From a virus: a stretch of 64,000 bases of DNA. The notes under the pieces were generated by a model. It worked only from the letters and a program-made list of their open reading frames with translations, searched no databases and had not been told where the DNA came from. The stretch spans positions 21,236-85,235 of IMG/VR virus record IMGVR_UViG_3300040771_000271, one strand, 5' to 3'. The translations under genes and the position numbers were made by a program. Below, in pieces: positions 1-10,141 of this stretch; position 1 is the stretch's first letter; each line of letters begins with the position of its first letter.

Positions 1-1
1 A

Positions 2-2713
2 CCTCCTCAAGCCATACCTGATTCTAAAAAGAATCCAAAATGGGTAGAAGCTAACTTAGATAGACTAGAACAAATAGGTTTAAGGCAGTTACGTAAAAAC
101 ATAGAGTTTGTCGATTACTATAAGATGATACGTGGAGAGATGGTGCTGTCTGATTATGGACTTTCTGATAAAACTCAAGAGTTTGTAGATTTAGTAAGTG
201 AAGTTCAAATTTCTTCCAACGTTAGGCACTATGACTTTCTAGGAATGATAGTGAATCAAATTGTAGGGGAGTATGGAAAGTTTAAAGACAATTACATAAT
301 TGACACTAGAGATACCTTTTCCCAAAATGAGTACACTAGAGATAAGACAGAAAAAGTAAAAGCTTACGCTACTCAGTTATTTGATTTAGAGTTACAGAAA
401 AAACTTGTAGAGGCTGGAGTTGATTTAGATAAACAAGATTTTCAATCAGAGGAAGAACAGCAACAATACCTACAATCTTTACAACAACAGAAAGATGCAT
501 TAATTGCTCCAGAAGTTATCGAAAAAGACATGAATAAAAATTGGAAAACTAAAGCTGCAGAATGGGCACAAAAAACCCTAGAGCAAGACAGAGACCGATT
601 TGAAATGGATGAAATGAATAATGAGGAAATAACTGATTATTTATTAACAGGTAGATGGTTTAGGCATTATCATATAGGGTATGATTTCTACAGACCTGAA
701 ACTTGGAGTCCTATGACAACATTCTTTTCTGAGGATGTGAATATAAAATACCCACAAGACGGAGAATATGTAGGTAGAATACATTATTTATCACCCTCTG
801 ATATATTAGACCGCTGGGGAAGCAAACTCACTGCAGAACAACAACAAAAACTTTCAGGATATTACAATAAAAATTTAGATAATAATTCTACAGGTAGGGA
901 AGGCAATTCATTTAGAAACCTTTTAAATAATAATTTTTCAAAACAACAATACGTACCATTTGAAGGGTATTATGAATATGACATGACTTTACAACTTCAA
1001 GATGCATTTGATGTGCCACTTGGAGAATCTACAGTTATAAACCCTGATGGAACTACAAAACAGGAAGCTACTTGGTTCTCCCCTATGAATAAAGGAGAAA
1101 ATAATAGTACTAATTATTATGCAAAACAATTAAGAGGAGATATTGATGTTAGAAGTGATTTAATTCAAATCACAGAAGGATATTGGAGAAGTTATCAAAG
1201 GATTGGCATTTTAAATTATATTACAAAAGATGGAATTCCAGATCAACAAATAGTTACTGATGATTTAATTAAAGATTTTTTAGTAGAAAATGGAATTAAA
1301 AAACTTACTAAAGTAACTCTTGAAGAAATTGAGTCAAATCCAGAGCCAAATACTATAGCTTTCACGTACATGCCTCAAATTAGATGGGGCGCAAAAATAA
1401 ATGCAGGGAACTCTTATTTATCAGAAGATTTATATATAGGTGGAGAAGCATTAGATTATCAAATCAAAGGTGATAGTAACATCTATGATATGAAACTTCC
1501 TGTCGCAGGAATAATTGGAAATTCAATAGCTAAAAAATTAAGACCTTTTATAGTAATGTATAATATTTGTATGAATCAAATATTCAACTTACTGGAAAAA
1601 GAAATTGGAACATTCTTATTATTTGACGTAAATTATTTACCATCTGAATATAAAGATAATGTAGATACTAAGCACACTTTAGAAATGCTTAGAGAAGCCG
1701 CAGTAGAAATAGGTATTGTACCTATTGACACTAAAAAACAAAACATGCAAGGGGCAGGACAAGGTATGAATACATTCATGTCTCAATCTATAACTTTTAC
1801 AGACCAAATTAATAATAGAATGAACTTAGCTGAAAGATATAAACTTTTAGCTTTAGAGCAAATAGGAATAAACCCTCAAAGAATAGGTGCAGCTAGTGAG
1901 TATTCAACAGCTGAGGGAATCAAGCAAGGTTTGACAGCCTCTTACGCCCAAACAGAGCCTTTATTTTCAGCAATGTCAACAGCAAACAAAAAAGCAACTC
2001 ACGTACACTTAGTTGTAGCGCAATATTGCCAAAAGAATTATAAAGATGTATCTTATTACTATACAAAATCGGATGGTGATAAAACCTTTATAGAACTATC
2101 TGATCCTTATTTTCCTTTAAGACATTTTGGAATTGTTTCCACAAATAATTCTAATGATAAAAAAGAGTTGGAAAACCTTAAAAATATAATGTTACAAAAC
2201 AATACTCAAGGTTCAGATATGTTAGACTTTGCTCAAATTGTTAAAGCAAAAACTATTACAGATTTACTATCTTTTGGTAATCAAAATAGAATAGAAAAAC
2301 AAAGAGACGTAGAAGCACAGAGAGCACACGAACAAGAATTAGCAGATAAAAACTTAGCCGCAATTAAAGCTGAAAAAGACGCTGATAGATTATTCACTCA
2401 AACAGAAAGTCAAAAAGATAGAGATAATGCTATAGAAAGGGAAGAGATAAATGCTTTGGGACGAGCTTCAGATAAAGACGCAAACGCAGAATCTTTTGAT
2501 AGAATACAATCTGCAGCCCAAACAGACTTACAAAACAGTATGAAATTTGAGGAGATAGAAATGAAAAAATCTTTAAGTAAATTAAAGGAAGAGGATTTTA
2601 AAACTAAAAAAGAGTTTGAGCAGAAAAAGCTTGAGCTTCAACAAGAGTCCCTACAAGTACAAAGGGATAAGATGGCTTCAGCAGAAAGAATAGCTTTGTA
2701 TAATCCAGGATAA
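2..2713 (+). CDS. Portal protein (5' truncated by window edge)
   Basis: Frame is open from nt 2 (PPQAIPDSKKNPKW...) into the 862-aa ORF; coiled-coil C-terminus; lies upstream of scaffold and MCP as in crAss-like phages. Confidence 0.85.
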   Translation, partial: PPQAIPDSKKNPKWVEANLDRLEQIGLRQLRKNIEFVDYYKMIRGEMVLSDYGLSDKTQEFVDLVSEVQISSNVRHYDFLGMIVNQIVGEYGKFKDNYIIDTRDTFSQNEYTRDKTEKVKAYATQLFDLELQKKLVEAGVDLDKQDFQSEEEQQQYLQSLQQQKDALIAPEVIEKDMNKNWKTKAAEWAQKTLEQDRDRFEMDEMNNEEITDYLLTGRWFRHYHIGYDFYRPETWSPMTTFFSEDVNIKYPQDGEYVGRIHYLSPSDILDRWGSKLTAEQQQKLSGYYNKNLDNNSTGREGNSFRNLLNNNFSKQQYVPFEGYYEYDMTLQLQDAFDVPLGESTVINPDGTTKQEATWFSPMNKGENNSTNYYAKQLRGDIDVRSDLIQITEGYWRSYQRIGILNYITKDGIPDQQIVTDDLIKDFLVENGIKKLTKVTLEEIESNPEPNTIAFTYMPQIRWGAKINAGNSYLSEDLYIGGEALDYQIKGDSNIYDMKLPVAGIIGNSIAKKLRPFIVMYNICMNQIFNLLEKEIGTFLLFDVNYLPSEYKDNVDTKHTLEMLREAAVEIGIVPIDTKKQNMQGAGQGMNTFMSQSITFTDQINNRMNLAERYKLLALEQIGINPQRIGAASEYSTAEGIKQGLTASYAQTEPLFSAMSTANKKATHVHLVVAQYCQKNYKDVSYYYTKSDGDKTFIELSDPYFPLRHFGIVSTNNSNDKKELENLKNIMLQNNTQGSDMLDFAQIVKAKTITDLLSFGNQNRIEKQRDVEAQRAHEQELADKNLAAIKAEKDADRLFTQTESQKDRDNAIEREEINALGRASDKDANAESFDRIQSAAQTDLQNSMKFEEIEMKKSLSKLKEEDFKTKKEFEQKKLELQQESLQVQRDKMASAERIALYNPG

Positions 2714-2765
2714 ATTAAATAATATTTAAGTAATTAAATATCTAATAAGGCTATAAGCCATAATA

Positions 2766-2804
2766 TAAGTAATTTTCGTATTAAAGTAAAAACCAATAAA
2801 TTTG
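2766..2804 (+). promoter_or_regulatory. Extended Bacteroidota-type promoter TAAGTAATTTT-N20-TAAATTTG
   Basis: TAnnTTTG -7 box at 2797-2804; upstream 11-mer at the same spacing as in three other sites. Confidence 0.7.
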
Positions 2805-2812
2805 TAACATAA

Positions 2813-3880
2813 ATGACAGTAGATAACATTCAAGAAGGAAGCACTAGCTTTGAATCTCTAGCCGAGTTTGATTTTGAAATACCTGAAGCAAAGGTAGAAA
2901 ATAAAGCTAAAGAAGAAACTCCTGATATTGATTTTGTCTCTAAAGAAGAAGTAGAGACAATAGAAGAAAAAAAAGAAAAGCCTGCAGAATTAGATTTAGA
3001 TAATAAACCTAATCAATATTCAAAATTAGCTCAAAAGTTAATTGAAAGAGGTGAGTGGGCAGATGCAGAAATTGTAAATGAAGACGGAAGTAAAGTAATG
3101 TTATCTGAATTGAAAGATTTAGATGAAGACAGATACTTAGAAATTCTAGAAAATCAAAAAGCTTTTAAAGACGAAGAACTTAAAGAAAAGTACACTAGTG
3201 TTGAAGGTTTAGACGACCACAAAAAAAGACTTATAAACATCATAAAAGAAGGAGGAGACTTAACTCAAATCTTTCAAGACACAAATTCTATTCAAAGACC
3301 CTTTGAACAAGTAGATTTAGATGATGAAAATACTTGCGCTAATATAGTTTATAGACAGCATTTAGCAAATGGACTAGATGAAAAAGAAGCTACAGAACTT
3401 ACCAAACTTGCACAAAAAGACTTCACTCTTGATGAAAAAGCTAAAAAAATTGTAGGATACCACCAAAGTAACTATGATAAACATTTAGAAGAAACAGAAG
3501 AAGCTCTAAAACAAGAAAAAGTAAAAGAGCAAGAACAGTTAAAAGTTTATAGAACTTCTCTTTCAAAAAGCTATAAAGATTTAGGTATTCAAGATAGTCA
3601 AGTTAAAAAATTAATTGATTTAGCCACAAGAGAAAATCAAGAAGGAGTTTTAGAAGTTGACAGTTTATATGAGAAGATGATGGAGAATCCAGAAACAGCT
3701 CAAGAACTAATATACTTTTTAGCCGACAAAGAAAACTACTTGAAATTAAAATCTTTAGATATTAAAAGAAAAGATAATATCCAAACTTACAAAACAATTA
3801 GTTTCGTACCAAAAGATAAAGTTAAAAAAGTAGCAACAACCACAGAAGATACAAATGTTCCATTTGATTTTGGAATATAA
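2813..3880 (+). CDS. Putative capsid scaffolding protein
   Basis: 355 aa, very acidic and helical, between portal and MCP. Confidence 0.55.
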   Translation: MTVDNIQEGSTSFESLAEFDFEIPEAKVENKAKEETPDIDFVSKEEVETIEEKKEKPAELDLDNKPNQYSKLAQKLIERGEWADAEIVNEDGSKVMLSELKDLDEDRYLEILENQKAFKDEELKEKYTSVEGLDDHKKRLINIIKEGGDLTQIFQDTNSIQRPFEQVDLDDENTCANIVYRQHLANGLDEKEATELTKLAQKDFTLDEKAKKIVGYHQSNYDKHLEETEEALKQEKVKEQEQLKVYRTSLSKSYKDLGIQDSQVKKLIDLATRENQEGVLEVDSLYEKMMENPETAQELIYFLADKENYLKLKSLDIKRKDNIQTYKTISFVPKDKVKKVATTTEDTNVPFDFGI

Positions 3881-3919
3881 CAACAACAATTCAATAATAA
3901 AAACAACACAACAATGAGC
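3875..3919 (+). repeat. CAA-rich leader, copy 1 (major capsid gene)
   Basis: ATATAACAACAACAATTCAA plus AATAAAAACAACACAACAATGAGC, both identical to 7368-7417. Confidence 0.85.
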
Positions 3920-5602
3920 GTTACGCAATCAAACAAGTCTCTTTTTAATGGAGACCACGTAATTAAGTTTACAGATAGAAAGACAGTCCAAAGTATTCAA
4001 GGATACCAAGACCTTTCTTCTATGGGAGCTTGGTATCAAGAAGACCCAAATAAACACCACTTAGGACTTATGTCTTTATGGGGACAGCAAGCAAGAACAA
4101 CTTACCCAATGTACAGAGAATTATTGGCTGACAAAGCAGTAATGGAAGTAAATGGCACAGATGGTTCATTCACTTATGACATTGCTATCAAAGAAACAAC
4201 AAACTGTACAACTATTAGAGATACTTCAAACCAAGATTTTCCAGGTTTAGATGAGTCTGCTTTCAAAATTGTACTTACTAAACAATTCGCTCCAGGAGAT
4301 ATTATTTCTGCTGACCCTTTATTTGGAGAGCAATTAGTTGTATCTCAAGACGATGAAGTAGTTATGCGTAATGAAGGTTTTGAACATTCAGTGAAACTAG
4401 TTTCTACATCTAAGAGAGCTTATTATGATGCTGCATTACTTGTTAAAGGTATTCAGTATTACAAAGTAGCTCACACAATGTTTGGTGAATATGCACAAAA
4501 CTACTCTAACGTAGATTTTATGGATTCTCCAACTACTATGACTTGCCAATTCCAATTAGGAAACATGTCAGGTGTTGAAGCTATGGTTACAGGATCAGCC
4601 GATAGAAAAACTATGGGTGGAGCTACAGCACACGCAAGAGCTTATGTTGATGACCTTATGAACGAAGCTATGGACTTAGGAGAATTTGCAGTAATTGCAG
4701 ATAGAGATGGAGTTACAGGTAAAGCTAAATCATCTTCTATGCGTATTGGAGCAACTATGGAATTCTTAGTTCACAGAGAGCATGAGAAATTAGTAGCTCA
4801 AGCATTACTTTTCCAAAAAGCAGGTGTAATCCGTGAGTCAAGTGGAGTAGCAAGATTAAATGAAGGATTGTGGCATCAAATTCGCCGAGGAAAACTTATC
4901 AAATATGGTAGACCAGGTGGAATCACTAGAGCACACATCAAAGAAGCAGTAGAATACGTATTTAGAGCTAATGACAAACCTGCAGAGGAAAGAGTTGTTA
5001 AATTTAAAGGTGGTAAAGAAGCTGTAGATAATATCTATCAAATCTTTAAAGAGGAAGTTGGAGCACAAGTTGCATCATTAGCGCCTTTCATGGGTTCTGA
5101 CAGAGTTTTACCAACTAATCCTGTATCAGGAAACTTGTTGAATTTAAAATTAGCTCCTGTACGTTTTACAGAAGTTTATATTCCTGGAATTGGAAATCTT
5201 CAAATTGAGGAAGACCCGTCTTTGAATAACATTCCGATGACAGACCGTTTCCAAAAAGGCATGCATTCAAACAATAGAGCACACACAGTTTACTCTCTTG
5301 TAATTTGGGACGTAGCAGATTCTTACTACTCTAACAATAAAACTATGCCAAAAGGAGCAACAGTTATTGAAGGTGGTAACACTAAAGCTAACATCTACTT
5401 GGTAAAACCAGAAGGAGAAATGACATATTGGGGTTCTGACAATGGACGTTACAATAACAAAAAAGCTTCTGACGTTATTAGTTCATACAAAACAATGGCT
5501 CAATCATTCTGGATTCACTCTTCTGTAGCATTACACGTTAGAGATTTAACTCGATTTGTAGTTATAGAATTGGACGAAGCAGCAAGAAAAGGATTTAATT
5601 AA
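3914..5602 (+). CDS. Major capsid protein (crAss-like HK97 fold)
   Basis: 562 aa; position after portal and scaffold; motifs such as EGLWHQIRRG and GNLQIEEDPSL resemble crAss-like MCPs; high-expression codon bias. Confidence 0.85.
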   Translation: MSVTQSNKSLFNGDHVIKFTDRKTVQSIQGYQDLSSMGAWYQEDPNKHHLGLMSLWGQQARTTYPMYRELLADKAVMEVNGTDGSFTYDIAIKETTNCTTIRDTSNQDFPGLDESAFKIVLTKQFAPGDIISADPLFGEQLVVSQDDEVVMRNEGFEHSVKLVSTSKRAYYDAALLVKGIQYYKVAHTMFGEYAQNYSNVDFMDSPTTMTCQFQLGNMSGVEAMVTGSADRKTMGGATAHARAYVDDLMNEAMDLGEFAVIADRDGVTGKAKSSSMRIGATMEFLVHREHEKLVAQALLFQKAGVIRESSGVARLNEGLWHQIRRGKLIKYGRPGGITRAHIKEAVEYVFRANDKPAEERVVKFKGGKEAVDNIYQIFKEEVGAQVASLAPFMGSDRVLPTNPVSGNLLNLKLAPVRFTEVYIPGIGNLQIEEDPSLNNIPMTDRFQKGMHSNNRAHTVYSLVIWDVADSYYSNNKTMPKGATVIEGGNTKANIYLVKPEGEMTYWGSDNGRYNNKKASDVISSYKTMAQSFWIHSSVALHVRDLTRFVVIELDEAARKGFN

Positions 5603-5612
5603 TTTAAAAAAT

Positions 5613-5640
5613 AAAAAAGCCCCAATGTAAAAGTTGGGGT
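5613..5640. terminator. Hairpin after MCP (weak or bidirectional terminator)
   Basis: GCCCCAA/TTGGGGT stem with an upstream A-run; no U-tract on the + strand. Confidence 0.45.
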
Positions 5641-5655
5641 AATATGTAAATCTAG

Positions 5656-5700
5656 TTTGTAAGTAATTTTATTTAGGCTTATTAATATTGTATTTTTGCA
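5656..5700 (+). promoter_or_regulatory. Extended promoter TTTGTAAGTAATTTTA-N19-TATTTTTG
   Basis: 16-mer identical to 19085-19100 with identical spacing to the -7 box. Confidence 0.75.
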
Positions 5701-5724
5701 GATAATAAACCAAAAAAAAGTAAA

Positions 5725-6702
5725 ATGGCAGCATTAAAAAATACAGACGAAAAATTTAGTATTAAAGTTCATGGATTTGATATTTCATCAGATACAATTT
5801 ATAAAGTAGTACCTAAGTTAGATACTCAAGCCCCAGATGGTTTTATAGCACATGATACTACAAAGATACTAAACCCAGAAATAGGAACTTCAGTACCTAT
5901 GGCAGTTTGGGATGGTGACAGAGGAGTTTGGGATACAGGTCTTCACGAAAATTCTAAAGTATTAGTTAGATTATATCCAGACCCAAAAGCAAGAGCAGAA
6001 GTATTAAAAGGGTTAAAAAAATACATCATAGACCCTGTTGAAGCTATTAAAGGTAGAGGAATTTTAACTCACATCCAACCTAGAGATGAAGATTCATTTT
6101 GGGACAATGCCTCCACAAATCTAGTAAAAGATTTAACTTTCTCAACTAGTAATCCTATGGATTTATTATCTTTATACTCTGCAGTGTTACATGCAAATCT
6201 AGCTCCTAAATCAATGGAGGAAGATCCAACATTTAGAACTAAAGCTCAATTTGCAGTTCAAAATATAGAACAGGTTGTAGACTTAAAACAACGAAAAGAT
6301 TTAGAAAGAAATAAAGCTATTGGATTATTCTTTACAATGTTAACTCAAAACAAAGACGACCTTATAGTTATCTTGGATTACTTAGGAATCCCTAGTACTA
6401 ATAACCCAGATGAAGCAGCATTAAACAGTGTATTTACAGAGTGGTTGAATAACAAAGAGAACGGATACCAAAATGCTTCAATATTTGTTGAAACTTACAC
6501 ATTTTTCCAAACAAAAGAAGGTAAAGAAGAATTAAAAATATTCTCAACACTTAAAGAATTACTTAGAAAAGGTTCTATTAAAAGAAAGATGGGAGCTATT
6601 TACCTAGATGATATAGATTTAGGAGCTAACTTAAAAATAGCCGCAAAAGGAGCAGTGAAATCAGAAGAAATACAAGAACTGATTTTTAATAAATTGACTT
6701 AG
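5725..6702 (+). CDS. Conserved hypothetical protein downstream of MCP
   Basis: 325-aa ORF; position typical of the crAss-like capsid module. Confidence 0.6.
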   Translation: MAALKNTDEKFSIKVHGFDISSDTIYKVVPKLDTQAPDGFIAHDTTKILNPEIGTSVPMAVWDGDRGVWDTGLHENSKVLVRLYPDPKARAEVLKGLKKYIIDPVEAIKGRGILTHIQPRDEDSFWDNASTNLVKDLTFSTSNPMDLLSLYSAVLHANLAPKSMEEDPTFRTKAQFAVQNIEQVVDLKQRKDLERNKAIGLFFTMLTQNKDDLIVILDYLGIPSTNNPDEAALNSVFTEWLNNKENGYQNASIFVETYTFFQTKEGKEELKIFSTLKELLRKGSIKRKMGAIYLDDIDLGANLKIAAKGAVKSEEIQELIFNKLT

Positions 6703-6707
6703 AATTA

Positions 6708-7373
6708 ATGGATATAAATAAAGCTTACCAAAAATTTATTATAAAGATAAATAAAAATGCTACTACAGATAGCATCTCATGTGATAAAGGTAGGTTTGCA
6801 ATAATTCTAAATGAATCTCAAAATAAGTTTCAAGAATTTATTTTAGATAAAAAAGGAGACGATGAAATCAGATATATTCAACATTTATTAGTAGAAGACT
6901 ATTTGATTTCATCTTCTAATCCTCAAAAAGATTCCCAAGATTTCCCTTTACCAAAAAATTATTTTGACCTATCAAGTGTACATGCAGAAGCCACCAAAGG
7001 TATTTGTACAAAACAAAAGATAGATTTATTTGAAATAAAAAATGATGATAGAAATAACATCTTAAGTGATGAATTTAATAAACCATCATTTAAATACCGA
7101 GAAGCACCATACAATCTCACTTCAAATAAAATCAAAGTTTATAAAGAAGACTTTGAAATAGAAAATTTAGTATTATCATACTACAGATATGCTAAACAAA
7201 TTGAACTACAAGACTCAGAAGACCCTGAAAGTGATTTTAAAAACACCTCTTTCCTAGAGTGGGATGATAAAACAGCAGACAGAGTAATTAGTTTAGCAGC
7301 TTCAGAATTTGAACTTAATAATGGTTCTGAAAAATATCAAGCAAACAAGTTAAATTCCGCACAAAAAATATAA
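6708..7373 (+). CDS. Putative ring / tail tubular (head-tail connector) protein
   Basis: 221 aa; YYRY motif near the C-terminus typical of crAss-like ring proteins; gene order. Confidence 0.55.
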   Translation: MDINKAYQKFIIKINKNATTDSISCDKGRFAIILNESQNKFQEFILDKKGDDEIRYIQHLLVEDYLISSSNPQKDSQDFPLPKNYFDLSSVHAEATKGICTKQKIDLFEIKNDDRNNILSDEFNKPSFKYREAPYNLTSNKIKVYKEDFEIENLVLSYYRYAKQIELQDSEDPESDFKNTSFLEWDDKTADRVISLAASEFELNNGSEKYQANKLNSAQKI

Positions 7374-7417
7374 CAACAACAATTCAAATATTAAATAAAA
7401 ACAACACAACAATGAGC
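7368..7417 (+). repeat. CAA-rich leader, copy 2
   Basis: 20-nt and 24-nt blocks identical to 3875-3919. Confidence 0.85.
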
Positions 7418-9373
7418 TTAAACAAAGGACAAGACAGAATATTCAACTTAATTGATGGAAATGTCTTAACATCAGGAGGTACACTAAACCTTGCAAATGG
7501 TCAATTGGCTATTTTAGATTTATCCTTACCAAACACACAGAACGGTAGACGAGCTGTAAACAAGTTTGATGGTAAACCTAAAGATACTAATTTCCAAATT
7601 AAAATGGGAGTAGCACCTCTAGCAGCTACACGTTCTATTACAGACAAACCTTTTTCTTCTCTACCTTTCAAATTATCAGAAGTAGTAGATTATAAAGTGT
7701 TTGCTCCAAAAGTAAAAGGTATTAAAAATGATTCTTTTATAATTGGGTACAACGGAAAAGCAGGAACAGAAATTAAACTTTCTCAAAACACTTCAGATGT
7801 AATTGACTTTACTTTATCAGGAGCAGCTATTGGAGCTTTAGGTTATCAAGACAACTCAGTAAAAGTTAGTCTGTATTTAGAGTATCCATACGTGGATGAA
7901 AACGGTTTAGACCTAGTAACAGGTGTTGCGCCAACAATGCAAGAAATTATTGAGAATGCAATTGATGTAGCTAAAAGAATGACTTTAATGGGTGGTGTAT
8001 CAATCCTTGATTATATTGATATTTCTCCAGTAAATTCTTTATCTCCTTCTCTTACAGCAATTACTAATGAAGTAGCTTACAAAACATTTAGCTTAACTTT
8101 AGCAGACAAAGGAGACCAAACAGCTTTAGGTAGAGTACAATCAAAATATCCTTTATTTTCTGTAGTAAAATCAGACAGATTAGAGGACACAGCAACAGTA
8201 TACACAATACTTGCTCCAGCAGCAACTGTATTAGCAGATTTTACAACTTCAACTCCATCTTACATTAAAGGATGTGAAGATTGTACAGCAGGTTACACAG
8301 AAGCACCAGAAGGATTTGTTTATTCAATTTCAATTGAAAACGATGGTGTAGATGTAACAACTACAATTGATAATGTTCCAGGATTTGTAGCAGGTTCAGT
8401 TTTAAAACAAGCTCAAAATGACGGAGTAGCAATCTACACAGTAGCAGTAACTGCAGAATTAACAGAAGCTCAAATAGCAACTTTTAAAGCTACAGATGCA
8501 ATAAGCTCTACAGCAGTATTTTCAGCATTAGGAGAAGCTTCAGCAGTATGTGAGAGCTCAGCTATAGTAGCTAAAGCTTGGGTAGCAGGTAAAACTTGTA
8601 ACGCAATCCCAGAAACTTACAACATTACTCTTGCAGATGATGATTGTGGAGATAACAAATTAGCTAAAATTCAAGCCGCTTACCCTAATTTAGTGATTAC
8701 AGCAGGTGCTTCAGCATTATGCCAAACTAGTTATGCAACAACTGTATTATCAAATATTGTTTGTGAAGATTGCTCAGATGAATTCAGAGATTTATTTGTA
8801 ACTGAAGCACCAAGTGACTTTGAAAGAATTTCTTGGACAAAGGCTGAAAAAGTTTATGATCCTTTAGCTAAAATGGGTATTAAAATCACAGGTAAAGATT
8901 TTATCATGAGTGGTTCGGAAGAGTACAGAGATGACATGCCTTTCTATGCAACTTCAACAAGAATTAGTATTGCAGGTGGTTACACTACAATGATTAGTGA
9001 AAACTTTATAGCAGGAACAGGAAGATTTGCTGTAAAAATGTTATCAATTGCAGAAGAGCCAGAAGCTTACGGAGGAATGTTGAGAGACCAAGAAGAGCGT
9101 TCAAGAATCTACTTTGATGGAACTCACAGACTAGAAGGCAACAACTATGGTAAGTGGGCAATGGGGCAAGAGACAAGATTAAAAGGTCTAGCTCAATATG
9201 TTGATTATGCTTTAACAGTTAACATCAAAACACCTGTAATGAACTTAGGTACTAGTAATGATAAAATCACTTACATTGTACGTGTAGAGGTTGGTTATCA
9301 TCAAGCAGTAGAAGCCTTATTTAATTCCTTAGCAACAGCTGCTGGTTTGCCAGCTGCACAAGCTTATTCATAA
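7412..9373 (+). CDS. Abundant structural protein (putative auxiliary capsid / decoration protein)
   Basis: 653 aa, Ala/Thr-rich with CxxC motifs; MCP-like codon bias; same leader as MCP; terminator downstream. Confidence 0.6.
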   Translation: MSLNKGQDRIFNLIDGNVLTSGGTLNLANGQLAILDLSLPNTQNGRRAVNKFDGKPKDTNFQIKMGVAPLAATRSITDKPFSSLPFKLSEVVDYKVFAPKVKGIKNDSFIIGYNGKAGTEIKLSQNTSDVIDFTLSGAAIGALGYQDNSVKVSLYLEYPYVDENGLDLVTGVAPTMQEIIENAIDVAKRMTLMGGVSILDYIDISPVNSLSPSLTAITNEVAYKTFSLTLADKGDQTALGRVQSKYPLFSVVKSDRLEDTATVYTILAPAATVLADFTTSTPSYIKGCEDCTAGYTEAPEGFVYSISIENDGVDVTTTIDNVPGFVAGSVLKQAQNDGVAIYTVAVTAELTEAQIATFKATDAISSTAVFSALGEASAVCESSAIVAKAWVAGKTCNAIPETYNITLADDDCGDNKLAKIQAAYPNLVITAGASALCQTSYATTVLSNIVCEDCSDEFRDLFVTEAPSDFERISWTKAEKVYDPLAKMGIKITGKDFIMSGSEEYRDDMPFYATSTRISIAGGYTTMISENFIAGTGRFAVKMLSIAEEPEAYGGMLRDQEERSRIYFDGTHRLEGNNYGKWAMGQETRLKGLAQYVDYALTVNIKTPVMNLGTSNDKITYIVRVEVGYHQAVEALFNSLATAAGLPAAQAYS

Positions 9374-9396
9374 TCAAATAATAATTAATACTAATT

Positions 9397-9431
9397 AGGA
9401 GAGAGAAATTAAAATCCTCTCTCCTTTTTTT
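9397..9431 (+). terminator. Rho-independent terminator
   Basis: AGGAGAGAG/CTCTCTCCT stem followed by a T-tract. Confidence 0.85.
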
Positions 9432-9446
9432 ATAAAGTAGAATTAC

Positions 9447-9875
9447 ATGTTGTTACAGGAACACTGGAAAGAATTAGGCACTTTAGTAGTAGCTATAATA
9501 GCATACTTAGGAGGAAGGAAATCTAAAAAAATACAAGATAAAAAAGAATCCGCAATAGCTGAACAAGAGCAAATTAAAATTAAAAAAGAAGAAGTTGGAT
9601 TAACTATAATGATCCAAGATGTTTATAGAAAAGGAGTTGAAGATTTTGCTAAAAGATTGCAAAATTTAGAAGAGTCAAATAAAGACTTAACAAATAAATA
9701 CGGAGAAATATTATTAAGAAACGCAATCTTAGAAGAGAGGGCTGAAACTTATGAACAAAAATATAAAGGTTTGGAGAAAGATTACATTAAATTAAAATCT
9801 GACCACGATAAAATACACAAAGAAAATAAAGAAATTAGAAAAGAATTAGACCAATTAAAAAATAAAACAGAATGA
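9447..9875 (+). CDS. Lysis-cassette membrane protein (one TM plus coiled coil; holin/antiholin-like)
   Basis: N-terminal TM ELGTLVVAIIAYLGG and long coiled coil; directly upstream of holin and endolysin. Confidence 0.5.
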   Translation: MLLQEHWKELGTLVVAIIAYLGGRKSKKIQDKKESAIAEQEQIKIKKEEVGLTIMIQDVYRKGVEDFAKRLQNLEESNKDLTNKYGEILLRNAILEERAETYEQKYKGLEKDYIKLKSDHDKIHKENKEIRKELDQLKNKTE

Positions 9876-10138
9876 GATGGTTAAATAAAATAATTAAAGA
9901 TACTCTTATGAGTAACGGGCGTTGGTCTAGAAAAAGTCTAACCACTATAACTACTTTTATTTTCGTTTTAGCTTTAGGAACATTCATAGTAATTTCAGAC
10001 AAAATATTGGACAAACCTGTCAACGTTTATGCTTTATCAGTCTTTCAATCATTGCTGGTTTTTTTAGGAACATTGATGGGAATAACTGAATTTTCTAAAA
10101 AAGTAGCTAATAAACAAGCTCCTGTAAATGAAGAATAA
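9872..10138 (+). CDS. Putative holin (two TM)
   Basis: 88 aa, two hydrophobic helices, charged C-terminus, adjacent to endolysin. Confidence 0.7.
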   Translation: MRWLNKIIKDTLMSNGRWSRKSLTTITTFIFVLALGTFIVISDKILDKPVNVYALSVFQSLLVFLGTLMGITEFSKKVANKQAPVNEE

Positions 10139-10141
10139 ATT

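Noticed and set aside
3875-7417. CRISPR mini-array or tRNA in the repeated intergenic sequence
   Set aside because: Only two copies 3.5 kb apart, no spacers or palindrome, and no cloverleaf; better explained as leaders.
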